In this document: piece by piece, positions 14,601-27,584 of the stretch
Layout: every line of letters starts with the position of its first letter
Numbering within the stretch: position 1 is the stretch's first letter
Assembly: GCF_009914755.1 (NCBI RefSeq)
Contig: NC_060926.1
Source: the human T2T-CHM13v2.0 reference genome, Homo sapiens
Strand: one strand, 5' to 3'
Length of the DNA stretch: 64,000 nt
Made by a program: the position numbers and the translations under genes
The notes under the pieces: model-generated
Databases searched by the model: none
What the model was told of the DNA's origin: nothing
Seen by the model: only the letters and a program-made list of their open reading frames with translations

Positions 14601-15080
14601 ATAAAATTACAAGCATATATTCCAATAGGTGTTAGAAGGAATGGGCTTTCTATTAGAGAATAGTGGTTTTTAAAAGATAGACTGAGAACTTCTCAGATAA
14701 AAGCTAATTAGCCTTTGAAACATGCAGAACTGGGAATGGAAAGACACCATAGACAGCTCTGAAAATCTTTGATAAATTACACGTGTCCATAGGGCATTTG
14801 CATGTACACACACACACATATATACACAGTAGGCTTGTGTGTGGTACCCTAAATAGATTTTTCTTTATTCCTTCTTTATCTTCTTACTACTGTTCACAAG
14901 AGAGAGAAAATGGAAAGAGATAGACAGTGGAAAGACCACACAACTGCCTAGTGATTACCTAATTGGCACACGCCAACAGAACAGAAGAAACTTCTGCGGT
15001 TGCATGCTGCAAGCAAACTGCTCTGAGCAATGTTTTAAGAAAGATACATAGAGAGGGAGAGAGATACAAATTGGTATGTA

Positions 15081-15912
<832 letters not shown>

Positions 15913-16574
15913 TGAAACATCTGTCTTATTCAAAACTAAGCTAGATTAATGCTTAGCAAAAAAATCAAGTATGGACCACAGCAACGTAGGCTACATTCAA
16001 TGTCTTTGAGGCTGTGACTCCATCAGACTCAGAATTCTGAATTACTCTTTTCTACCTGAGATATGCATTGGTTTCAGATCACAAACATATTAAACTACAT
16101 TTATAAAAATAATTTACATATAACTACTGAACAATGTGTAATTAGATAAACCAATTGGGTGACAATTTTTCTTAACATCAAACTCTTTCTACTAAGTATA
16201 GAAAAAAATGAAGAGACAGAATCTAAAAAGGAGATGGATATACCAAACGCACACTTTGCTTTATTCACGTGGTGGCCAAGACACTGAACTTCTCTTTGGC
16301 TCATGGTTGTTAAAGCAGTGTAAGCAGATGAATGATCTTAGACAAACTGATAAATGGACAAGAACCTCAAAAGGCTAGTCACATATGTGAGCACTGAATT
16401 GACTTTAAAATAACAAAAATGATAATAATTATTATAATTATTGAAATAAAAACAAGAGATATTTTAACTAGATTTTGACTATTTAAAAATTCTCAGTTCT
16501 GGATTATATCCCATAAAACTCAGTTGTGTCAAGTTTAAATATAGGTTTTTTGACAAAAATCAAAATATGTCTCC

Positions 16575-16869
16575 TGGGGGTGATGGCTCATTCCTGTAAT
16601 CCCAGCACTTTACGAGGCCAGCTCCTCGCTTGAGCCCAGGAGATCGAGACCAACCTGGGCAACATGATAAAACCCTGTCTCTACAAAAAGGAATAATTAA
16701 AAAATTATCTGGGCATGGTCTTATGCACCTGTGATCCCAGCTACTAGAGAGGCTGAGGTGGGAGGATTGATTGGGCCTCAGGAGATTGAGGCTGCAGTGA
16801 GCCATGATCTTGCCACTGCAATCCAGACTGGGTAATAGAAAGAGACTCTGTCTTAAAAAAAAAAAAATC
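16575..16869 (+). mobile_element. Alu, AluJ-like, with a small left-arm deletion
   Basis: ggctcattcctgtaatcccagcacttt...gcttgagcccaggag...gaggctgcagtgagccatgatc...poly(A). Confidence 0.9.
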
Positions 16870-18599
16870 ATACATGCACTAAAATTTTGTGTACAAATAG
16901 GCAGTGTAGGAAATTCCCAGGGATGTTCTTAAAACACTGATTTCATTTTTAGACTTAGCATAACTAATACATAGTGATGGACATATTTAATAATCCAGGA
17001 GACATCTTAAAGTATTATATTTCTAAAGATTTAATTTGTTGTCAGTAACTTAGGTTCTTAGGAAAAATATAGTCTCAGTGTTAAAAAAATATATTTTCTG
17101 TCTTATTTTCTGGATTCTAAAGTGATTTCTTTTTTATTTTGTTCTCCTTTAGAATTATTAGCATGTATGACATGTAATTCATATTGCAAAAATTACATGT
17201 ATTCGATTGGAAAAGACCTTAAAATGCATCTAGCCCAATGACTCATCAACAGCTCCAAATCTTATAGATCATAGGATAGGAGAAACACATAAGGTCTTGA
17301 ACTTTCTGGCCAAAATTCCCAGTGAATACAGAGCTGAGAGGTCTTCACCAATGACACAATCTCTATTATCACATATAATGTTTCCCCAGTAATGAGTTTC
17401 CTCCATCATCAGATTTTTAAATCATCTGAGCAGCCACTTAAGATGCTTTACAAATTCTTTTCAGTCATTAATAATGCTGTCACATGAAAGTGCTTCTCTC
17501 TGCCATCACTGGGCTCCTCTGCCAGCCACCTCTTTTTGCTCACTGTGCTGCCATTTATCAGTATTCTGCATTTATGTTCCTTCAATCCATTTGGGAGTTC
17601 CACTGCATAACAATTTGAAATATAGAAATATGTGGTGGTGATGAATTTTAATAGTTTCAATCAATTCTGGGGTGACTTGGTTCTTTGAATATCTATATAT
17701 TTATCTTTGTATAAAATATACATCTCTACATCTATTTCTGTCTCAGTCTCTATATCAACATTTATAAAAATCCTGGTTGTATTTTCAGTGATAAACTATA
17801 TCATGCTTTATAGAAATTTTCAGAGAATTCATCCAAATCTCTACAATTTTTCAGGAATGAGCAATTTTTTAAGGTGGTCATAGGAAATAAAATAATCAGA
17901 TACATTCCATTTACTTAGCTCCAAAAAATCAAATTAGCAACAATTAATATATGGAAGAAATTTGCATGATTTATATAAATGAAATGCAAATTTTCACTAA
18001 GGACCATTGATTAATTATGAATACTAATGATGTTCTTAGTACTTCTCTGGACTCTAAAGATTCAGCATTGAAAAAAACCAAAGACCATGCCAATGAGTTA
18101 TGCCATCGTAGAGAAAATTAGAAAATAAATAGGAAATGTAGCTTCAGCAGTGATAAATGCTATGAAGAAAAATAGAACAAAGGAAAAAGATGGGCTATTA
18201 AAGACGTGGGACAGAAAGAGGTAAGAAAAGTTGGCTTAGCTGAGGAAATTTCAGTAGAGACCTGAAATGAATTAGATAAACCTGATAGATTACATGAACT
18301 GACACAAGAAATTATAATTGCTGCAACCCTTCTGTAAAGCAATTTGGCTATCTCTATATAGTGCATGGGAGCCCACCAGTATAATTAGGGGTTAATTGTG
18401 GGAAAGGCAGTGCTAAAGAGGGAACAACTAGTGCAATGAACCTGAAGCATGCTGTAAAAATAAATCACGTGAAATAAATGAAGACCTATAATATATTCTT
18501 TAATGAGAGCACTAAGTGATGTAAAGATTTTAATATTCATAAAATCAATGCATACATTTATCCCAATAATAAATTGATGCATGGAGTTAAAAAGTGCCC

Positions 18600-19760
18600 T
18601 CTATTACCCTCTCCCTACACCAGAAAATAAAGATTCAAAACCTGTCAAAATGAATGCAAAGTGAAAGAAACAAAAAATTCTGGTAAAACAGGAAAAATAA
18701 TTTTCACAAGAAAATAATGATTGCATATTGGAACAACTGTCTGTTAAATGCTATTATAAAAGTACTATAAGCAAAATAACAAGTTTCACAATGAAATAAA
18801 CATGCACATCAATACAAAAGAAGGAACATAGTAACAGGTAAAACTATATATAATTTAACGCAAGCTGATATCCCATATTCATGCAAAATAACAATATATT
18901 TTTTGAGAAAATTGGATAACTATTAATGGAAAAAGGATACATTGGTGCTTCTCCTCATAACTTAAAACAAAATTAACGTCATTATAATTTGAAAGTTAAA
19001 TATTAAAAATGAAACCACAAAATAGTTAGAAATATAAAGATGAAATTTTATGATTCATAATATTTAGTAATGAATAAAAATGAATAAAAATGCTACAATG
19101 TCAGCAAGTGAAATATAGCATAGAGAAGTTTAAAATATATATGTGAAAGTAAAAAAAAACTATTTTGAATACTTTTTACTAACCAGGTACTAGAAGCTTT
19201 AATATATAGGTGCCTGACAATTCATTATTTAAAAGGAATAAGAAGATACTCTCATAAAAATAATTGAAAACATGTACATCCAACTCTTAAAAGAAATATA
19301 ATTCACAAAAATCATCTACAAGAAATATTCAAATAAATTAAAATGCAAGCAAATTATATCTCTGAAAACTCATAAACTCTATATAAATTAAAATTAAAAA
19401 CTAGCTACTATTAGCAATAGTTCATGATGAATTAGGTAAACTACTATTGGAAGTGTTGTTACAACCTTTCTATAAAGCAATTTGGCTATCTCTACCTAAA
19501 GAACGTTTTGCCCCACAAATAATACTTTTGCCCCACAAATAATGCTTCTAGGAATTTATGATAAGTGGATTACAAAGAACAATGCGTACATGTGTATAAA
19601 TATGTTTGCCCATTACTAAATTATTCAAAACATAAATGCCAAAGAGTGAATAATTATATGAATCATACTTTTGAGACATAAAGGGCTATTACATGGACGT
19701 TAAAGTTGTATTTTTGTTAAAAAGTAAAATGAGAATTATTCAGTTTAAAATACTTATACA
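18600..19760 (+). mobile_element. Highly degenerate L1ME-like ORF2/3' fragment
   Basis: A-rich strand bias with caacctttctataaagcaatttggc and cttctaggaatttat motifs typical of the old L1 ORF2 3' end. Confidence 0.5.
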
Positions 19761-20790
19761 ATGATTTCATTTAATTTTCACGAAGGCATATTCTGTATTC
19801 CTGTGTTCTTAATTAAAAATGGTAATGTTTAGATAAGGCAAATATTTTTCCCAAATTACACAAGCAAATTAGTATGAAGTCTAGATCATACTGAATGTTA
19901 AGTATATGTTTATAAATTTATTCCTCTATTTCTCATTATAATATTTTATTTACAAAGAAATATTAGAACATACTAATATATAAAAAGTGGCATGATGTAG
20001 GTACATGTATTTATTTATATGTGATATTTATGTGTTTATACTGGTATGTATAAACAATGGTATAAAAGAATGGTTCCCATTCTTTTACAAAATTGATATG
20101 GAAATCACACTAAATATTGTTGCATCTTTATAAGTACATATGTGTATTATATATTGAAGGAACAGAGATTAAAATAAAGGTACAGTGCTAATACATAAGT
20201 GATTTTCTTATTGTGGTTTTTAAATCACCCTAACCTAAAATTGTTAAATTGTTCAACGGAATTACAACAAATATAACACATTATTGTTCAATATACACAA
20301 ATGAATTTTCCCAGTCTTATTTTTTCATCGAAAATATTTCCAGAATACTGAGTTAGACTACATCTCCAACTACCATATTTTTTGTAGACATACCTGTACG
20401 TTATCACTTACAGCATATTTTAAAATGTGTCCAAATGTCTATTTCTTCTTTAATTCTAGACTGCTTTAGAGTAGTTCTCATAATATTCTTCTTTTCCTTC
20501 ACTTTAACTCTCTATTAGCACATAAGTGGGATTCAGTAAACACTAAGTCAAATATTAACTTTCTAAAGGGTCTTCAATTTGCATATATATTTAAGTTCGA
20601 TCATATGATGTTAACAATATTTGAGAATTTTTACTTCTCAAATAAAAATAAAAATTGGTATAAAAGTAACAATTTCATATTGATCTAATTAAAATATTTC
20701 ATTAAGTAAAATATTCATTTATGTTAATTTCCTTTATAACTTTGTATATAGTAAATACAAACTATACTTCTACTATAAAAATAAGTGAAG

Positions 20791-20890
20791 GTCCAGTTTG
20801 GCAACACATATACTAAAATGGGAACGATACAGAAAAGATTAGCATGGCCCCTGTGCAAGGATGACATAAATATTTATATGTTTCATATTT
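20791..20890 (+). pseudogene. Retroposed U6 snRNA pseudogene
   Basis: tttggcaacacatatactaaaatgggaacgatacagaaaagattagcatggcccctgtgcaaggatgaca matches the U6 core. It is followed by an A-rich tail, with an aaataagt(g/a)aa direct repeat on both sides as TSD. Confidence 0.93.
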
Positions 20891-21849
20891 AAAAATAAAT
20901 AAGTAAATGAGTTAATGAGTGATCTATTGGTCCCTTATAATATCTTTACTCATGGTATAATTGAACTGTAAGTTTGGACAAGCTGAATCTCAAAGTTGGT
21001 GTTAAATGACCACAATAGTAAAGATTTGAAAAAAGTTGAAAAAGCTTTGTGGATTTTTATATATTTACAGGAGAATGCCCTCATTATGATAATAATTGCA
21101 TTTGTTCTTTTTAAAATATGCAACACATTTTCCTTTAAAAAATAAAGGTGGGATATAAATGAAATTTAGGCATATTGAGAATTGCATATAGTTAAGAATT
21201 AAAACAGATGATTTACTATTATGATACGATATGCAGCACAGACTGATGTAAAGTAATGGATCATATTTGTTAAAATAATTGTATGCAGCTGCATAAAGAT
21301 GTAAATGAAGTCCACCTATATTGTGCATGGTGAAATCAAAGAAATTAAATCTTTGAAAATAATTATGTTTCATTCAGTTCATATAAAGTTTTATTGTTAT
21401 TTGTTAGAGCAAAACTTCCACATCTAAACATAAATCACTATATATGTACATTTTATTTTTAAAGAGACATTTTATAATGCCATTATTATATAATACGGAA
21501 GATAACATTCTCTGATCATATGCAAAAATATTCTAGTAGAAATAAAATGAAAATAGATTTTATAAAATATTTTCTCTTCTTTTTGATAAGTTAAAACTAC
21601 CATTAAAAATTCCGAATCACTGAAGGAGTTGTATAAATTCATACACCAAGAGTTCTATCCTCTCACCAGAGATGTGTTAGAATGCAAGAACAGATTAGGA
21701 GAAAGCCACATATTTTGTGAAATCGCCTTCAGTGATTAAGTAGGACCTTGCAAATTCCCAGTTACAACTAATTAGATTACTGGAATGAAGTAAAGAGACT
21801 GTTCTTCAATAACATCAATAGGCTTTACAGTGTGTATGTGTGTGTTTTA

Positions 21850-24095
21850 AGGGTACAATGAATTGTTTTATATATATATATATATATTTGTAGTGTTCTG
21901 CAACAATAAAAATAATTAAATACAGAATATTTCCATCATCCCTCCAAGAAACTCCATACGCATTGCAAGTTGGTCCCCATTTTCCTCCTTAACCCCAAGC
22001 CTAGGGAACCACTAATCAAATTTTTGTCTCTCTATATATGTCAATTATGGACATTTCATATAAATGGAAACAGACGCTATTTAGTCTTTTATGACTATTT
22101 TATTTATCACAATGTTTTCATAATATACTCATGTTAATTACCAGTACTTAATTCCTTTTTACTGTCAAATAATATTAGATCATAGAATTAGACCTCATTT
22201 TGTTTATCCATTAATCATTTAATAGACAAGTGTATTGTTTCCACTTTTTAACTATTATGAATAATGCCATGATGAACATTTATGTATAAATGTTGTCTGG
22301 ATATTTATTTTTATTTTTATTTGGTATATACAGATGAGTCGAATTGTCATATAACATGGTAACTCTATAATTAACCTTTTGAGAAATGGCCAGACTGCTT
22401 TCTAAAGCAGCTGCACACTTCACATTCCCACTTGCTAGTGTATGAGGGTTCCAATTTATTTGCATCCTTGTTAACACTTGTTATTATTATATCTGTGTTT
22501 TTTTTTTATTATGGCCACCCTCATGTGATGACTAATGATGTTGAACATATTTTAATATTTTTAATTAGCAATTTGTTTATCTTTTTTAGCAAAACGTCTA
22601 TTCAAATCCCATGCCCATTTTACTTTTTATACACTTTATTATTGAAATGTATGAATATTTATGTATTCTATATATGGGTCAATTTTCAGATATATGATTT
22701 GCAAATATATTCTTTCATTCTGTGGACTGACATTTCACTTTCTTGATGCTATCATTTAATGACAAAAACATTTCAGTTTTGATGATCTGTAATTTTTATT
22801 TTGCTTTATGTGCTTTTGGTGTAATATCAAAAAAACGTGTTGCCTAATCCAAGGTGACAAAGATTTTCTCATAGAATTTTTTTCTAAAAGTTTTATAGTA
22901 TTAACTGTTACAATTTGGTTTATGATCCATTTCGAGTTAAATTTTAAGCGTGGCATGAGGAAGGAGTTCACATTTACTTATTTATATATTTTTCACATGT
23001 ATATCCAGTTGTCTCAGCACCATTTGTTGAAGTGACTATTCTTTCCCCATTGAATTGTCGTGACAGCACTGTAAAAACTAATTGACCCTAAATGTACAGG
23101 CTTATTTCTAGACATTGAATTCTATTCAATCAATCTCTACATATATCTCTAGGTCAGAGCAAATTGTCTTGATTATGGTAGCTTTTTCTTTGTTTTTGTT
23201 TTCTCCTGGCTCAGCCACCTGAGTAGCTGGGATTACAGGCGCTTGCCACCACTCCTGGCTAACTTTTGTATTTTTAGTAGAGATGGGGGTTCACCATGAT
23301 GGCCAGGCTGGTCTTGATCTCCTGACCTCAAGTGATCTGCCCACCTCAGCCTCTAAAGTACTGAGATTACAAGCGTGAGCAACCATGCCCGGCCTGTGGT
23401 AGCTTTGTAGTAAAATTTGAAATTGGAAATTGTGAGCTTTCTAACTGCTATTTTTGCAGATTTTTTAAAGTTATTTTGAGTCTCTTGCATTTCCATATTA
23501 ATTTTAGAATAGGGTTGTCAACTTCTGGAAAAAAAAACCTCTAGCTATGGTATGAATACATATTTTATAGAATCTGTGGATTAATTTGGGGAATATTGCC
23601 ACTTTAAAAACACTGAGTTTTCTGGAACAAGAACATGGGAAACCTTTCTACTTATTCATGTCTTTAATTTCTTGAAGTAATATTTTATAGTTTTTAGAGT
23701 ATATGTTTTGCTCTTCTATTAAGAATTTTTTCCAAATTATTTTATTCATCTTGATACTATTATAAATAAAAAGTCTTTAATTTTATTTTTGAATATTTTA
23801 TTGTCAGTGTATAGAAATAAGTTATTTTAGTTCATTGATCTTGTATCCTAAAACCTTGCTGAAAATATCTATTGTCTAGTAGATTTCTTAGGATTTTCTA
23901 TATTCAATGTCATGCCATCTGCAAATAGACATTTTACTTCAGCCTTTTCAGTCTATACATTTTATTTATTTTCTTGCCTAATTGCCCTGTCCAGAACCGT
24001 TAGTATAATATTGAGTGGAAATGGCAAGAGTGGATATGGTTGGTTTGTGCATGATCCCAGAGTGAAAGCTTTTAGTTGTTCGTCATTTACTATGA
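21850..24095 (-). mobile_element. L1MB-like ORF2/3'UTR fragment, interrupted by an Alu
   Basis: Long antisense L1 match: ggacatttcatataaatggaa, atccagttgtctcagcaccatttgttgaag, ttccatattaattttagaat, tcatgccatctgcaaatagac. Confidence 0.85.
23183..23395 (-). mobile_element. Alu (AluS-like) with right-arm deletion
   Basis: The T-rich tail joins directly to ctcctggctcagccacctgagtagctggg. The left arm is intact to atgcccggcc. TSD tggtagcttt on both sides. Confidence 0.9.
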
Positions 24096-24200
24096 TCTCA
24101 TGGAGATAGAGTATACAATGATGGGTATCAGAGACTGTAAAGGTTAGCAGGGAGGAGAGGTTGTAGAGAAGTTGATTAATGGGTAGAAAAATACAGTTAG
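24092..24200 (+). mobile_element. Short L1MA-type 3'UTR fragment in opposite orientation to the host L1
   Basis: tgatctcatggagatagagt...ttgattaatgggtagaaaaatacagttagata. Confidence 0.7.
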
Positions 24201-24785
24201 ATATTGTGGGTTTGATTTCAGACAATTGTAATAAAGTGAATATTATAATAGAGTCACAAAAATTATTTGGTTTAACACCGTATACAAAAGTTGTATTTAC
24301 ACTATACTGTAGTTCATTAAATGTGTAATTGTACTATGTATATAAAATGTACCTATCTTAATTTTCAAATATTTTATTGCTAAAAATTTCCAGTGATCAT
24401 CTCTGCTGGTGGAAAGTATTGCCTCAATGTTGATGGCTGCTGACTGATCAAGGAGTGGTTGCTAAAGGTTGAGGGGGCTGTAGCAGTTTTTAGGATAAGC
24501 CAAAAACAAAGTTTGCTGCATTGATTGACTCTCCCTTTCATGAAAGATTTCTCCGTAGCGTGTGATGCCATTTGATAGCCTTTTACCCAGAGTAGAACTT
24601 CTTTCAAAACAAGGGTCAATTCTCTCAAGCCCTCCAACTGCTTTAACAAGTAATTTTATGTAATATTCTAATTTTCTTGTTATCGTTTCAAGAATGTTCA
24701 CAGCACCTTCACCAGGAGCAGACCATATCCCAATAAACCACTTTCTTTGGTTATCCATAAGGCACAACTTCTTGTCCATTAAAAT
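24197..24785 (-). mobile_element. Tigger1 3' fragment (minus)
   Basis: agatattgtgggtttgatttcagac...tgttgatggctgctgactgatca...ctttcatgaaagatttctc. The minus ORF 24462..24797 (ERIDPCFERSSTLGKRLSNGITRYGEIFHERESQSMQQT) matches the Tigger1 transposase C-terminus. Confidence 0.9.
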
Positions 24786-25770
24786 TCTGACTTTCAAGTT
24801 TCATTATTTTAGAAACACATTTCATCAGGCTATAGCTTCCACAAATGGTGATTCCTCTGATGGATCTGAGCAGAGTAGATTGAAAACCTCTGGAATGGAT
24901 TCATGGTTATAGCTGCCATTAAGAATATTTATGATTCATGGGAGGAGGTAAAATATCAACATTAATGGGGGTTTGGAAGAAGTTGATTCCAGTTCTCATG
25001 GATGACTGAGGGTTTCAAGACTTCCGTGGAAGAATTAACTACAGATGTGGTGGAAATAGCAAAAGAGCTAGAATTAGAAAAGAGTCTTGAAGATGTGACT
25101 GAATTGCTGCAGTCTCTGGGCAAACTTTAATGGACAAGCTGCATCTTATGGATAAGCACAGAAAGTGGTTTATTGGGTAGAGTCTACTCCTGGTGACAGT
25201 GTTGTGAACATTCTTGGAATGACAATGAGAGAATTAGAATATTACATGAACTTACCTGTTAAAGCAGTTGGAGGGCTTGAGAGAACTGACCCTTGTTTTG
25301 AAAGAAGTTCGACTCTGGGTAAAAGGCTATCAAATGGCATCACACGCTACGGAGAAATCTTTCATGAAAGGGTGAGTCAATCAATGCAGCAAACTTTGTT
25401 TTTGGTTTATCCTAAAAACTGCTACAGCCCCCTCAACATTTAGCAACCATTCCTTGATCAGTCAGCAGCCATCAACATCGAGGCAATACTTTCCACCAGC
25501 TGAGATGATCATTGGAAATTTTTAGCAATAAAATATTTAAAATTAAGATAGGTACATTTTATATACATAGTGCAATTGACTCTTGTTTTGATACAAGTTC
25601 TACTCTGAGTAAAAGGCTATCAAACGGCATCACATGCTATGGAGAAATCTTTCATGAAAGGAGGAGTCAATCAATGCAGCAAACTTCTTCGTTGTCCTAT
25701 CCTAAGAATTGCCACAATTACCCCAACCTCTATCAACCACTACCTCCATCAGCCAGCAGCCATAAACATT
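24786..25770 (+). mobile_element. Tigger1 fragment (plus) with internal ~200-bp direct duplication
   Basis: gtgattcctctgatggatctg...gatgtggtggaaatagcaaaagagctagaattagaa. ORFs 25165..25443 and 25512..25877 both contain KRLSNGIT.YGEIFHER.SQSMQQT. Confidence 0.9.
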
Positions 25771-26317
25771 GTCTTCATTTATTTCTGTGCATTCTCAAAG
25801 TCTCTGGTAGCATTTGCTTAATAAATATAGCTTTACTCTCATCTTCCTATTTTGTGCTGTTAATGACAAATACATGACATGTTTACGTTATAGATAAATT
25901 TCTTTTTAAATCAGATAAAAGAAAGAGAGAAAAGTAATACATATTTATGCTTTCCTTTAGAAATATATAATTATATTTCCCAGTTCCCCTTATTGTATGG
26001 ATTCTGATTATTTTATGGGGTCATTTTACTTTAGTGAAAATCTTTCTTTCCTTTTTTTTTTTGTAATGCAAATCTGCTAGAAAAAGTTCTCTCAGTTTTT
26101 GTTTTTCTAGGAATGTATTTTTTAATTTTTTTATAAAAAAGTTTTGTTAAATATACTATCTTTTGTTGATAGTTATTTATTCTTTCAACACTTTGAAGAT
26201 GGCATCACACTGTATTCTGACCTATATTGCTTCTAAAGAGAAGGCAGCTGTTAATTTTCACTTGTGTGTGATCACTTATATGTGATGAGTTGATCTTGTG
26301 TTCCTGCTTTTAAAATA

Positions 26318-26625
26318 CAGTTAGCCTCCCATATCCAGTGGTTCCACATTCATGGATTCAACTAACTGCAGGTCAAAAATATTTTTAAAATAACAATACA
26401 ACAAAAATACCAATAAAAAGTAATATAGTATAACAACTCTTTACTTAGCATTTATATTATACTAGGCATTATAAGTAATTTAGAGATTAAAGTAGACAGG
26501 AGGATGTGCATAGGTTATATGCAAATACTATGCCATTTTATGTGATAGACTTGAGCATCTGCAAATTTTGGTATGTATGGAGGGGTCTTGGAAACAAACC
26601 CCCCATAGACGTGGAGGGCTGATTG
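26318..26625 (-). mobile_element. MER2 DNA transposon
   Basis: ta|cagttagcctcccatatcc...ggattcaactaactgc...gaggatgtgcataggttatatgcaaatactatgcc...gacttgagcatc...ggagggctgattg. Confidence 0.9.
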
Positions 26626-26837
26626 TGTTCTCTTTGTCCTTGTCCTTCAACATTTTTACTATGATGTGTCCTGGTGTGGATATCTCTGTGTTTATCTGTT
26701 TATCTTACTTGGAGTTCATTGAGCACTTGTTGTCTTTATAAATTAATATTTTAATCAAAGTTGATAATTTTTCTGCCACTGATTCTTCAATTTTATTTCA
26801 CCCATTTATCTGTTTATGCTTCTTCTGGTACTGCTAG

Positions 26838-27130
26838 TATATATATATTATATAATATATATATTAAATATATTAAATAAATATATAAAATATATAATAT
26901 AATATATAAATATATATTGTATATATTTTTACATAAAATAAATATATATAATATATAATATATAAAATATATTATATAATTATATATATTTATATATTAT
27001 ATATGTTTATATATAATATATTATATTATATATAGTATATTATATATATTATATATTATATATAAAATATGTTTTATATATAATGTATATTATATATAAT
27101 ATATATAATATATTATATATTTTATATATA
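26838..27130. repeat. Long imperfect (TA)n/AT-only tract (~290 bp)
   Basis: Directly visible, almost exclusively A and T. Confidence 0.95.
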
Positions 27131-27584
27131 GTTGATGTCATTTCACATTTTACTGAACCTCTATTTATTTTTCTTTATTCTTTTTTCCCTTTGTTCTTTG
27201 TTCTTCAGATTGTATGATCTCCATTAATCCTTGAAGTCTTGTTAGGTTCTTTGACATTTTTGTTTGTTTAATTTTGACATCTGCACCTTCTCACAGGCAG
27301 TTTTTTCCTGCCCATGGATCACACATTCTTGTTTTTTTTATATGTCTCATAACTTATTTTGTCAAAGAATGAACATTTTAGATAAGATACTGTGGCATCT
27401 CTGAAAATTGATCCCCCTGGGGCTTGTTTTTGTTGTCATTTGCACCTTTGTATATGAATAAATAAATGAATAAGTAAATATAGTGACGCATTATTTTAGT
27501 TGTCTTATATATTATATAATGTTTATGGCTACGTTTGTACATATTATACTAAAACGTACACTACATATTACATGAATGTGTGTG

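Larger units (their letters stand above)
25775..27480 (-). mobile_element. Old L1M ORF1-region fragment, interrupted by MER2 and (TA)n
   Basis: tctttcaacactttgaagatggcatcacactg, agagaaggcagctgtt, tttactatgatgtgtcctggtgtgg, cttggagttcattgagc. Confidence 0.7.

Noticed and set aside
24380-25877. Several paralogous-looking ORFs sharing KRLSNGITxYGEIFHER
   Set aside because: They are fragments of the decayed Tigger1 transposase C-terminus repeated by local duplication, not a gene family.
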